NCBI GenBank assembly: GCA_017481885.1
Contig: JAFUOM010000084.1
Coordinates: forward strand, 7,959-71,958
DNA from: Ruminococcus sp.
GTDB lineage: Bacteria > Bacillota > Clostridia > Oscillospirales > Acutalibacteraceae
DNA: 64,000 bases
Direction: 5' to 3'
Each line of letters begins with the position of its first letter. Within the stretch, counting starts at the first letter, position 1. This document shows, piece after piece, positions 9,712 through 19,263 of the stretch. The translations under genes were made by a program, and so were the position numbers. The notes below the pieces were generated by a model. The model had not been told where the DNA came from, made no database searches, and was given only the letters and a program-made list of their open reading frames with translations.

Positions 9712-12700
9712 ATGAAACATTCAAAATCATTAATATTTAAAGTGGTTTCGGTTTTGCTGACGCTTATTATGGTGCTGTCAACAGTACTTATGGTGCCGTT
9801 TTCTGTATCCGCGGCAACAACTTACTACCTGCGTGGCACATTTAACAGCTGGGAAGCCGAAGACGCCTATATCCTAAAAGACAACGGTAACGGAACATTC
9901 TCAATCACCGTTTCTTTGCCTAAGGGTACTCACAAGTACAAGATAGCTGTTCAGGACTGGACCTGGTCTGTTCCTGCACAGGACGCTACACTCAATCTTG
10001 CAGAAGACTCTATGGTTGAGTTCAGAATGAACCCTGCAACTTATACTCAGACTGCCAGAATTGTTTCAGCTCCTACTGCTGATGTATATCTCAGAGGTTC
10101 ATTTGACGGCGAGATGTGGCCTGCAAATGAAGAAAATATGCTCAAGTCAACAGGCGACAACAACTTCACTCTTACAAAGTCCCTGCCTGCAGGTTCTCAC
10201 GAGTACAAGTTTGCAGTATCTGACTGGAGCTGGGCTGTTCCTAGCGGTGCAAACGCAAAGCTCACTTTGTCACAGGAAAGTACAGTTTTGTTCGAATTAA
10301 ACACCCTTACAGGTGCTTATAATGCAACAGTTCTCTCCGGTGACACAAGAAACTTCTACAAATTTGACGACGTACAGAAAAACGTTACTATCCGCAGTGC
10401 TTGGAGCGACCACGCTGACCAGGTGCTTTGCGAAAAAGACGGCAAGCTTTCGTACATCAGCACAAGCGATGCAGACTACGAAAATGCAAACACAAGCTGG
10501 AACTTCATTCCTGCCAGAGCAGATGGTGATACAGATAACGCTGTAGAGCTTTGCATCATCCAGAACGCCGACACAGAAAAATGCCTTTACATTGCAGACA
10601 ATGGCGATGTTTGCACAAAAGATGTTGCAGACTACAAGTGCTGGTGGTACGTAGACAATTCAACAGGTAACTATCGTATTTTGAATATGAGCGATGAGTT
10701 TGCCGCTATTAACACAGAAGCTCAAAACGGCTATGTTCAGGCAGGCAATCTCCCTGCTTACTATTTAAGCTCACAGTTTGATATCGACCTTGCATACGTC
10801 TACGGCTATTCATACACAATTTCTCCTGACGGCATTGTTGACACAAAGGGTACTGTTACAGTTAACTCTCCAACATCACTGACTTCAACAACCTCAGGCT
10901 CAGCTAAAACTTGGACTCAGGTTGAGGATACATCAGGCTCACCAATATTTACAGCTCCGAACACTCCTTTAGCAGAGGCTGTGTACAACCTTTCAATGGA
11001 AGAGACAATCATCAACCAGTTTGAGTCTGAGTTTGGTACAGCACTTTTGACAGGTGAAACATGGTACAAGGTTTGGACAAGAGACACCGCTATGTCCTGC
11101 GAGTTCTCTTTAGCCGCAATTTACCCTGACCTGTCACTTAACTGTGCAAAAGAAAAGGTTGTATCTTACGACAAAACATTCTCGGTATTTGAAGAAGACA
11201 CAGGTACAGGCGGTTCTTACCCTGTATCAACTGACAAGATTATCACATACCTTTCAGTATGGGAGATTTACCTTGCAACAGGTGATGAGTCTGTGCTTGA
11301 GTATTTCTACGATATCTGTATGAACACAATCAATCAGGACTACAACACAGCTTACGACGCACAGTCTGGTCTTATCAAGGGCGAAACCTGTGGTCTTGAC
11401 TGGAGAAGCCAGACATATCCTGACTGGATGGGCAACGAGGTTGAAGAATCCCTTGCAAACATTGCTGAGTGTAAGGCTGCAAGCGTAAACCTCATTTACC
11501 TTGGCGTGCTCGACAGAATGATAAAGACAAGCGAAATTTTGGGCAAGGGCGACGAAGCACAGCTTCAGGCTAAGTACGACGCACTTTATGAAGCTGTTAC
11601 AACACGTCTGTGGCACGATGAGCTCGGTTGCTACGCCGCTTGGGAGTATCCAAGCTATATGGGTGCACCGCTTGCATACAAGATTGACTGTATCGCAAAC
11701 GGCTACGCTCTTTGGTTTAATATCGGCAGTGAGGAACAGCTCAAGTCAATTGCCGAAAATTATCCATTGGTTACTTACGGCGCAAACGTTGTTTACCCTA
11801 ACAAACAGGGTGAGCTTGAGCACAAAGACAGAGTATATCACAACCGTGGCGTATGGCCTGGCTGGGAAGCACAGCTTATGCTTGCAGGCGGACAGCACGG
11901 CTACGACGAGCTTTCAGAGGAAATCTGGAACTCCTGTATCACAGCGGCGGCTACATCCCTTGTTAACAAAGAGGTTGTAGACTTCACAACAGGCGAAGGC
12001 ATCCACGTTAACCATCAGCTGTGGTCAATTGCTGCAACACTCTCGGGTTACTACAAAGTTCTGTTCGGTATGATTTACGACACAGACGGCATCACATTTG
12101 AGCCTTATGTACCGGAGTGGATGGAGGGTCCGTTCTATCTTAATAACTACAAGTACTGTGACGCAACAATCGACCTTTCACTTACAGGTAAGGGTTCAAA
12201 CGTTGTTTCAATCACAGTAAACGGCGAAGACGTCGGCACATCCTACACACTTCCATTTGGTGCAAAGGGCGAGTACAAAATCGACATCGTTGTTGCAGAA
12301 AACGAGAACGAGTACAATGACGAAACAGTTAACTTAAACGACGAGAAAAACCACGTTATCAGCCCAAAAATGCCTGTTGCTAAGCTTTCAGGCAACACGC
12401 TCACTTGGGATGCTCAGGCTGGCTGTACATACAAAGTATGGACAGGTGCAAAGTACGTTGACGTTGACACAAATTCTTACACAATTGACCCATCGGTTTA
12501 CGGTGCATACTCAGTTGTGGTTGTATCAAAAGACGGCGTTTGGAGTGAAATGTCCCGTCCTGTAGTTGTCAGCCCTGACCGCATCAAGATTGAAGCTGAA
12601 AACTGCTCATTCACAGGCAACGGCATCTTCAAGGAAACAAAGAACGGCAAAGACCACCTTACAGACGTTTACGCCAACGCACAGCAGAGCGGTGTAATTA

Positions 12701-13287
12701 CAATTAACGTTAACATCGAAGAACCAGGAAAGTACGCTTTCTGGGCTTGCTACAACGATTGCAGTGCAAACGACCCTACTTCTTGTTCAAATGCGGCTAT
12801 CCGTTCCGTATTTGTAGACGGCAAAGACGTAGGTGCTCTCGTATTCCCGGTTGTAAACTACGACTACCAGACAAGTACACACCTCATTCTTGATTTAGCG
12901 GCTGGTGCACACGAAATCGTCGTTAAGTTTGACAAAGACAACTTCTACGATTTCAATATGTCACAGGATATCCACGTTTACGGTGACGAAACATACAACC
13001 CTGACAACACTGTTCAGTATGACTACTTTGTTTTAGACAAGGCAGACAGCCTTTTTGCTGAACAGGAAGAAAAGCTTATGATTGGTGACGCAGATTGTAA
13101 TGGCGACGTTGCTATCACCGACGCAACAACAATCCAGCTTGCAATCGCAATGAAGAACCCATCACCATACAACGAAAAAGCAGCCGATGTTGACCTCAGC
13201 GGAGATGCTACAATTATGGACGTAACATACATCCAGCGTTATCTTGCTCAGTACGACGACGGTTTCTCAATCGGCAGTTATAAGTAA
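9712..13287 (+). CDS. Secreted modular glycoside hydrolase: 2 starch-binding-like (X25/SusE-like) modules, beta-trefoil-like module, (alpha/alpha)6 GH (GDE_C/MGH1-like), CBM35/6-like module, C-terminal dockerin
   Basis: Signal peptide; repeated YLRG(T/S)F..W...YK(I/F)A..DW modules; VWTRD and DTGTGGSYPVSTD; IEAEN; dockerin GDADCNGDVAITDATTIQ...DVDLSGDATIMDVTYIQRYLA. Confidence 0.8.
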   Translation: MKHSKSLIFKVVSVLLTLIMVLSTVLMVPFSVSAATTYYLRGTFNSWEAEDAYILKDNGNGTFSITVSLPKGTHKYKIAVQDWTWSVPAQDATLNLAEDSMVEFRMNPATYTQTARIVSAPTADVYLRGSFDGEMWPANEENMLKSTGDNNFTLTKSLPAGSHEYKFAVSDWSWAVPSGANAKLTLSQESTVLFELNTLTGAYNATVLSGDTRNFYKFDDVQKNVTIRSAWSDHADQVLCEKDGKLSYISTSDADYENANTSWNFIPARADGDTDNAVELCIIQNADTEKCLYIADNGDVCTKDVADYKCWWYVDNSTGNYRILNMSDEFAAINTEAQNGYVQAGNLPAYYLSSQFDIDLAYVYGYSYTISPDGIVDTKGTVTVNSPTSLTSTTSGSAKTWTQVEDTSGSPIFTAPNTPLAEAVYNLSMEETIINQFESEFGTALLTGETWYKVWTRDTAMSCEFSLAAIYPDLSLNCAKEKVVSYDKTFSVFEEDTGTGGSYPVSTDKIITYLSVWEIYLATGDESVLEYFYDICMNTINQDYNTAYDAQSGLIKGETCGLDWRSQTYPDWMGNEVEESLANIAECKAASVNLIYLGVLDRMIKTSEILGKGDEAQLQAKYDALYEAVTTRLWHDELGCYAAWEYPSYMGAPLAYKIDCIANGYALWFNIGSEEQLKSIAENYPLVTYGANVVYPNKQGELEHKDRVYHNRGVWPGWEAQLMLAGGQHGYDELSEEIWNSCITAAATSLVNKEVVDFTTGEGIHVNHQLWSIAATLSGYYKVLFGMIYDTDGITFEPYVPEWMEGPFYLNNYKYCDATIDLSLTGKGSNVVSITVNGEDVGTSYTLPFGAKGEYKIDIVVAENENEYNDETVNLNDEKNHVISPKMPVAKLSGNTLTWDAQAGCTYKVWTGAKYVDVDTNSYTIDPSVYGAYSVVVVSKDGVWSEMSRPVVVSPDRIKIEAENCSFTGNGIFKETKNGKDHLTDVYANAQQSGVITINVNIEEPGKYAFWACYNDCSANDPTSCSNAAIRSVFVDGKDVGALVFPVVNYDYQTSTHLILDLAAGAHEIVVKFDKDNFYDFNMSQDIHVYGDETYNPDNTVQYDYFVLDKADSLFAEQEEKLMIGDADCNGDVAITDATTIQLAIAMKNPSPYNEKAADVDLSGDATIMDVTYIQRYLAQYDDGFSIGSYK

Positions 13288-13362
13288 TCAGTAACATAAA
13301 TATAATAACGACCGAGTTATCTCACTACCTTGCTTAGTGAGATAGCTCGGTTATTTTTTCGG

Positions 13363-13760
13363 TAAATTATAGTTTAGCGAACCACCAATCGTAGGGGCAA
13401 TTCACGAATTGCCCGTAAACATTCTTGAAAATGCACATTATATCTGTGTATTAAACACAAATGAACAGAACCTCGTAGGGGATGGCATCCTTGACATCCC
13501 GATGACGCAAATATCAATGAATAATATAGTGTGGTTAGACGTATCTAAAAATTGATATATTATTGTAGTTCACTGTAATTGTGACACAGATAAAAAGTAT
13601 CTTTTCATTAATGCTTCAATAACGGGTCGTCTGGGAAGCCGACCCCTACGATTTATTATTCAATGACGTTGAAACATAGATATAACATTGATATTCAGGT
13701 GCGTTTTCGGGCGATTCGTGAATCGCCCCTACGATTGGTGATACAATAAACTATAATTTA
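13363..13760. repeat. Nested REPIN-like element (two inverted GTAG-REP pairs)
   Basis: Outer arms 13383-13415 / 13708-13740, extended by a perfect 14-bp inverted repeat (13363-13376 / 13747-13760); inner arms 13473-13501 / 13623-13651. Confidence 0.85.
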
Positions 13761-13810
13761 GCACAAAAAAGCTCCCTGCATTGCAGAGAGCCGATTTTTT
13801 AAATATTCAG

Positions 13811-14746
13811 TTATCCGACATAGAGCAGATATCCTGTGTACACAGCATACAGCGAAACCATTATGATGCCTTCAATTCTGCCGAGCTTTTTGCGAGCAAC
13901 ACACAAAACGTACATCGCGATTGTCGCACCAAGCAACAACACTGTGTTAACAATCGCTCTGCTATCAATCGCAATCGGTGAAATGGATGATGACAATCCG
14001 AGGATAAACATAATGTTAAAGAGGTTAGAGCCGACAACATTTCCAAGTGCCAAGCCGTTTTCGCCTTTTTTAGAAGCAACTACACTTGTCACAAGCTCAG
14101 GCAGTGATGTGCCGATAGCGATAATTGTCAGACCGATGAAAGTTTCGCTCCAGCCCATAGCCTTTGCAAGTACAGTCGCATTATCAACAACCAAGTCACC
14201 GCCGAATATAACAGCCGCAAGACCACCAACAATGTAAACGATGCTCAAAACAGGGGATAATGTCTTGATGTCGTCAGAGCCTTCTTCTCTGTTTTTTAAT
14301 GCGTTTATAACAAGCCACACGATGTACACAGCCATCATCACAAGTAAAACTATGCCGTTGAATCTAGAGAGCACCGAGCCTACAAGCATCATTAAGAGCA
14401 ACACCGTATTTGCCGCAATATTAACAGGGAAGTCACGCTTAAGTATGTTTTTGTCAAGGTCAAACGATTTGATGATTGCACAAACTCCTACAACCATAAG
14501 CATATTGAAAATATTTGAGCCAACAACGTTACTTACAGCAATTTCGTTACTGCCTGATAAACCTGCTGTGATTGAAACCGCCGCCTCAGGAGCACTTGTA
14601 CCCAGAGCAACGATTGTAAGACCAATTACAACCGATGGAATTTTTAAGAGCTTTGCAACCGACGAGCTACCATCAACAAAAAAGTCAGCGCCCTTAATAA
14701 GTAGTACAAAGCCAACTAAAAGCAACAGTATATTTATAAGTATCAT
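13811..14746 (-). CDS. Calcium/sodium antiporter (YrbG/CaCA family)
   Basis: Two alpha repeats GTSAPE...SNVVGSN and GTSLPE...GNVVGSN; GGAGG RBS before MILINI. Confidence 0.93.
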   Translation of the reverse strand: MILINILLLLVGFVLLIKGADFFVDGSSSVAKLLKIPSVVIGLTIVALGTSAPEAAVSITAGLSGSNEIAVSNVVGSNIFNMLMVVGVCAIIKSFDLDKNILKRDFPVNIAANTVLLLMMLVGSVLSRFNGIVLLVMMAVYIVWLVINALKNREEGSDDIKTLSPVLSIVYIVGGLAAVIFGGDLVVDNATVLAKAMGWSETFIGLTIIAIGTSLPELVTSVVASKKGENGLALGNVVGSNLFNIMFILGLSSSISPIAIDSRAIVNTVLLLGATIAMYVLCVARKKLGRIEGIIMVSLYAVYTGYLLYVG

Positions 14747-14843
14747 GTTAACCTCCGCAATAATCAATGCTTTAATTAGTATAACCGCTCAAAGTTCTTA
14801 AATCAAGTATGAAAAAAGCTCCTGACTACTCAGGAGCTTCTTC

Positions 14844-15014
14844 TCATGCGATACAGTCAAGCTGTTCGTACTCGCATTTGACTTTCAAAAAGTCACCTTC
14901 CACGATGATGTCCACCGCACTCACTTTCCTCTCAGGGTGCACCTTGAGAAGTTCGTCTACATACATTCTTACAATTGTGTCGGACACTTTTTCGCCCATA
15001 ACGTTAATACGCAT
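14844..15014 (-). CDS. Small hypothetical protein (56 aa), possibly SOS-regulated
   Basis: AGGAGG RBS at 15021-15026; terminator hairpin 14813-14842 immediately downstream. Confidence 0.65.
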   Translation of the reverse strand: MRINVMGEKVSDTIVRMYVDELLKVHPERKVSAVDIIVEGDFLKVKCEYEQLDCIA

Positions 15015-15227
15015 ATTCTGCCTCCTCAAAATCCTAAAGTTTTTCATAGATGTTTATAGATGTTTATATATAAAAAATATATCTTTGTTATGATTTAATT
15101 TTAGCAGATGAAACGCCTGAGTTCCAGTTACACTTTAAGTACCTCACTTACAGTTTCTTCATCGTTAATTCCCTTTTGGATTAAAAAAATACAGAACGGT
15201 AATAGTTAATTCTTTGTGCGAATTATT

Positions 15228-15241
15228 CGAACGCCTGTTCG
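15228..15241. promoter_or_regulatory. Putative LexA (Cheo/SOS) box
   Basis: CGAACGCCTGTTCG matches GAAC-N4-GTTC; lies just downstream of a minus-strand TATAAT (15263-15268). Confidence 0.6.
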
Positions 15242-15394
15242 ATTTTGTCGTTCTGTGAGGGAATTATAGGGTGATTATTGGTAGTTTTTGGTGTATTGAT
15301 TGTTGCAGAATAATGGTGATATTTTAACACATTTTGCTTCAGATAAAAGAAATCGCCCGTCAGTTTGTGACGGGCGAAAAACGTTTAAAATTGA

Positions 15395-17074
15395 TTATTT
15401 AGCTGAGCTGTAATCCTTGTTTTTTGTCATAGCCTTGATAACAAAAAGTGTTACAACTGTGAGTACAATACCGATTGGAAGAACGATGTACCAGTTCTGA
15501 ATAAAGCCTGCTAAGATGTAGCAGACAAACGAAATACCTGCAACTGTTATAGCGTAAGGAATCTGAGTTGAAACGTGGTTCAAGTGGTCGCACTGAGCAC
15601 CGGCAGATGACATAATTGTTGTGTCGGAGATTGGTGAGCAGTGGTCACCGCAAACAGCACCTGCAAGACAAGCTGACATTGAGATAATCAAAAGCGGATT
15701 GCTTGGGTCTGCTGCAAAGAGGTATGTGACGATTGGAATGAGAATACCGAATGTACCCCATGATGTACCTGTTGCAAAAGCAAGAACGCAAGCAACAATG
15801 AAGATGATAGCAGGTAAGAAGTTCTGTAAACCTGCAGCGGCACCATTCATAAGGTCGCCAACGTAGTACTTAGCACCGAGAAGACCTGTCATATTTTTGA
15901 GGGAAGTTGCAAATGTGAGGATGAGGATAGCAGGAACCATAGCGATGAAGCCCTTTGGAATAGCATCCATACTCTCTTTGAATGTAACAACTTTTCTCAT
16001 AACAAGGTATGCGATAGAAACAACTAAAGCGATGAGACCACCCCATGGAAGACCAACTGTTGCGTCTGTGTTAGCAAAAGCGTCAACAAATGGAACACCG
16101 TCTAAGATACCACCGTTGTAAACAAGAGCGAATACAGAAACAACGATAAGAATAAGTACAGGAAGTACAAGGTCAATTACCTTACCCTTAGGGTTAGGAG
16201 TTTCGTCTTCACCCTCCTGCTTTTCACCGCAGAAAAGGTCACCGTACTCTCTTGCTCTGTACTCGTGCATAGCCATCTTGCCGTAGTCAAAGCCCATAAA
16301 TGCAATAGCGATGATGAATACAAATGTTAAAAGTGAGTAGAAGTTGTAAGGAATAGCTGAGATGAAAAGGTCAAGACCCTTGCCGTCCTCGGCATAAGAG
16401 GCAACAGCCGCTGCCCATGATGAAATAGGAGCAATCATACATACAGGAGCTGCAGTAGCGTCGATGATGTACGCAAGCTTAGAACGTGAAATCTTGTGAG
16501 CATCTGTAACAGGACGCATAACAGAACCAACTGTTAAGCAGTTAAAATAGTCGTCAATAAAGATGAGTACGCCCAGTACAAATGTAGCGAGCATAGCACC
16601 GACTTTAGTTTTGATGTGCTTAGCTGCCCACTTACCAAATGCGGCGGAGCCACCTGATTTGTTAACAAGAGCTACAAGTACACCAAGCTCAACAAGGAAG
16701 ATAAAAATACCTGCTGTATCACTTACTGCAGGGATAAGGCCGTCGTTGATAACAGTGTCCATTGTACCAAGGAAACTAAACTGTGAGTACAGCAGACCGC
16801 CTGTAACGATACCGATGAAAAGTGAGGAGTAAACCTCTTTTGTGATGAGCGCAAGACCGATAGCAATAACCGGTGGAAGTAAAGCCCAAAGTGTACCCTG
16901 AACAGCGCCCTCGCCTCCACAGGTTTCGCAAGCCGCATCATCGACTAAACCTGTTGCGTGACAGTCCATACAGTCTACTGTGCCGAGGTAACCGCCTGAA
17001 ATTGCACCGAAAACGAGCAATCCTACGATAACAACAGCAGCGATAGCAAGGACTATCTTGTTTGTTTTTGACAT
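15395..17074 (-). CDS. NhaC-family transporter, probable lysine transporter (LysW-type), with an extra N-terminal Cys4 module
   Basis: IFIDDYFN, IDATAAPVC..APISSW, ATGTSWGTFGI, GDHCSPISDTT; directly downstream of a lysine riboswitch. Confidence 0.88.
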   Translation of the reverse strand: MSKTNKIVLAIAAVVIVGLLVFGAISGGYLGTVDCMDCHATGLVDDAACETCGGEGAVQGTLWALLPPVIAIGLALITKEVYSSLFIGIVTGGLLYSQFSFLGTMDTVINDGLIPAVSDTAGIFIFLVELGVLVALVNKSGGSAAFGKWAAKHIKTKVGAMLATFVLGVLIFIDDYFNCLTVGSVMRPVTDAHKISRSKLAYIIDATAAPVCMIAPISSWAAAVASYAEDGKGLDLFISAIPYNFYSLLTFVFIIAIAFMGFDYGKMAMHEYRAREYGDLFCGEKQEGEDETPNPKGKVIDLVLPVLILIVVSVFALVYNGGILDGVPFVDAFANTDATVGLPWGGLIALVVSIAYLVMRKVVTFKESMDAIPKGFIAMVPAILILTFATSLKNMTGLLGAKYYVGDLMNGAAAGLQNFLPAIIFIVACVLAFATGTSWGTFGILIPIVTYLFAADPSNPLLIISMSACLAGAVCGDHCSPISDTTIMSSAGAQCDHLNHVSTQIPYAITVAGISFVCYILAGFIQNWYIVLPIGIVLTVVTLFVIKAMTKNKDYSSAK

Positions 17075-17100
17075 TGTATTGTCCCCCTTAAAATAATTGC

Positions 17101-17131
17101 AAAACAAAAACCGCGGCAAAAGTGCCACGGT
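17101..17131 (-). terminator. Riboswitch-controlled intrinsic terminator
   Basis: Minus strand accgtggcacttttgccgcggtttttgtttt between aptamer and RBS. Confidence 0.75.
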
Positions 17132-17146
17132 CGTGATTCAAACCCC

Positions 17147-17309
17147 AAAATAGCACTCCACCAAATGGTGACAGTGTAATACATATTCTGTATTACCCCA
17201 GCTCAAAAAGCTTCGGAACACTTTTTGAACTTCGGCGGTGAGTCCTTTTATACACAAACAAAACTCCGCGCACAATGTGTACTACTCTTAAACACCGCAC
17301 CTCTATTTT
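17147..17309 (-). ncRNA. Lysine riboswitch (L-box)
   Basis: Minus strand AATAGAGGTGCG...AGTA...AAAGG...CGCCGAA...CTGGG...ACTGTC...GGAGTGCTATT; P1 closes; upstream of an NhaC/LysW transporter. Confidence 0.93.
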
Positions 17310-17437
17310 TGCATACTATAGATTATATCAAAATTCGTCGATTCGTCAACCTTTTCGACAAAATTGTTACTATGTAATGAAAAATTTTATATAAAAAAGA
17401 AAAAGCTCCCCGAACTGAGGAGCTAAAAGAATGATTT

Positions 17438-19051
17438 TTACCTGTAACTTCTAAATTCTTCGATCAGAGCGTTAATCTGCTCGGTGAATTTCTTCATATC
17501 TTTGTTTGGAATACCGTCTAAATCTTTAGCGGCACTCTGAAGCCTGCGTGTGCTTTCAAGCAGGTTGTGATACAGCATATTGCTCTTTGGATTTTGCTCG
17601 TAGCTCTTACGCTCGATGCGAATTCCCTGAGTAACATTAATAAACTCGTCGTTTTTAAGGTCGTACTCAGTTCCGCTGAACGGTGCAAACGCATCATAAC
17701 CCAAAGCTTTGAGTTCGTTTACAAAGTTATCAGCCGCCGCTTCATCGCCGTGATTTACAAAAACTTTTTGCGGATTGTTCTGTAAACCCTGTATCCATTT
17801 GATAAGTCCGTTTTTGTCGGCGTGTCCGCTCACACCGAGCAATGTACACACTTCGCAGTTAACCTTGATTTCGTCACCAAAAAGTCGTACCGACTGAGCT
17901 CCATCGTGAATAAGCCTGCCCAGTGTTCCGTTAGCCTGATAGCCGACAAACAGAACTGTGCACTCACTTCTCCACAGGTTATATTTAAGGTGATGGCAAA
18001 CTCTGCCTGCTTCGCACATACCGCTTGCCGAAATAATAACCTTAGGCGTGCGGTCGGCGTTTAATTTCATCGACTCGCTTGTTGAAATATATGTGTGAAG
18101 ATTTGGGAAAATCAGCGGATTGTCACCGTTTTGCATTACAGCGAGGATTTCGTCATCAAGACAGTCCATATCGCACTGCTGGTAAATGCTTGTCGCTTCA
18201 TTTGCAAGTGGAGAGTCAACGTAAACAGGGAAGTTGCCGACTGAGTCCTCAATCATTTTGGAATTCTTGATTTCACGGATGAAGTACAGCATCTCCTGAG
18301 TTCTGCCAACAGCAAATGACGGGATAATCAGGTTGCCACCACGTGACAAAGTGCGTTCTATGTGGGACGCAAGAGCGTTTATGGTGTCCTCTCGTCTTTC
18401 TTCGTGGAGTCTGTCACCGTAGGTTGACTCAATCACAACGTAGTCAGCTTCATCAACAGTTGACGGGTCTTTGATAATCGGCTGATTTGTGTTGCCGACA
18501 TCGCCGGAAAACAGAATCTTCTTTTGTACACCGTCTTCTTTGAGCCACAGCTCAATACACGAACTGCCAAGCAGATGACCGACATCAGTGAAACGCACAG
18601 CCAAATTCTCGCTAAGCGGAATAACCTTTGCGTATTCGCATCTGCGGAAAAGTTTGCAGACTTCCTCTGCATCGCTAAGCGTGTACAGCGGTTCGATTAA
18701 ATCTTTGCCGGCACGCTTTTTCTTGCGGTTTTTGTATTTTGCCTCACTTTCCTGAATGTGAGCACAATCTCGAAGCATTATGTTGCACAGATTTGCGGTT
18801 TCGTTTGTTGAAAAGATAGTGCCTTTAAAGCCGTTTTTGTAAAGTAGCGGTAAATGTCCCGAGTGGTCAACGTGAGCGTGTGTCAAAAAAACGTAGTCAA
18901 TTTCATTAGGGGAAACAGGAATTTCGGCGTTTTCAAAAACATTGAAGCCCTGTTCCATACCGCAGTCAACAAGAATTTTGTGCTCTCCAACTTCAAGGTA
19001 AGTGCAACTTCCTGTTACCTCGTGAGCGGCACCTATGAACATAATTTTCAT
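17438..19051 (-). CDS. MBL-fold beta-CASP family nuclease
   Basis: DCG, THAHVDH, GHLLGS, SGD, ESTYG, FAVGRTQE, SASGM, SGHAD motifs. Confidence 0.92.
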   Translation of the reverse strand: MKIMFIGAAHEVTGSCTYLEVGEHKILVDCGMEQGFNVFENAEIPVSPNEIDYVFLTHAHVDHSGHLPLLYKNGFKGTIFSTNETANLCNIMLRDCAHIQESEAKYKNRKKKRAGKDLIEPLYTLSDAEEVCKLFRRCEYAKVIPLSENLAVRFTDVGHLLGSSCIELWLKEDGVQKKILFSGDVGNTNQPIIKDPSTVDEADYVVIESTYGDRLHEERREDTINALASHIERTLSRGGNLIIPSFAVGRTQEMLYFIREIKNSKMIEDSVGNFPVYVDSPLANEATSIYQQCDMDCLDDEILAVMQNGDNPLIFPNLHTYISTSESMKLNADRTPKVIISASGMCEAGRVCHHLKYNLWRSECTVLFVGYQANGTLGRLIHDGAQSVRLFGDEIKVNCEVCTLLGVSGHADKNGLIKWIQGLQNNPQKVFVNHGDEAAADNFVNELKALGYDAFAPFSGTEYDLKNDEFINVTQGIRIERKSYEQNPKSNMLYHNLLESTRRLQSAAKDLDGIPNKDMKKFTEQINALIEEFRSYR

Positions 19052-19095
19052 AAAATCATCTCCAATATATTAATGTCGAAATTTTAAGCATCTAG

Positions 19096-19248
19096 AGGCT
19101 TCCCCAATTTGCAATTTGGGAGGCTCCGCCGTAGGCGGTGGTGAGGTAAAAACTTATAATAGCAATGTCATTGATGTAATAATAAGGTTTTCAACCCCAT
19201 CCGTCATACTATCGTCTGCCACCTTCCCCAACTCTGAGGGGAAGGCTT
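19096..19248. repeat. About 150-bp palindromic REPIN/MITE-like element, copy 2
   Basis: Aligns end to end with 1633-1782, including the spacer gcaatgt(g/c)attgat. Confidence 0.85.
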
Positions 19249-19263
19249 TTGCAAGGCTGATAT

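Noticed and set aside
16958-16972. CxxCH haem-c motif in the NhaC transporter
   Set aside because: Paired with a second CxxCxGxG, better explained as a zinc ribbon; no cytochrome c maturation context
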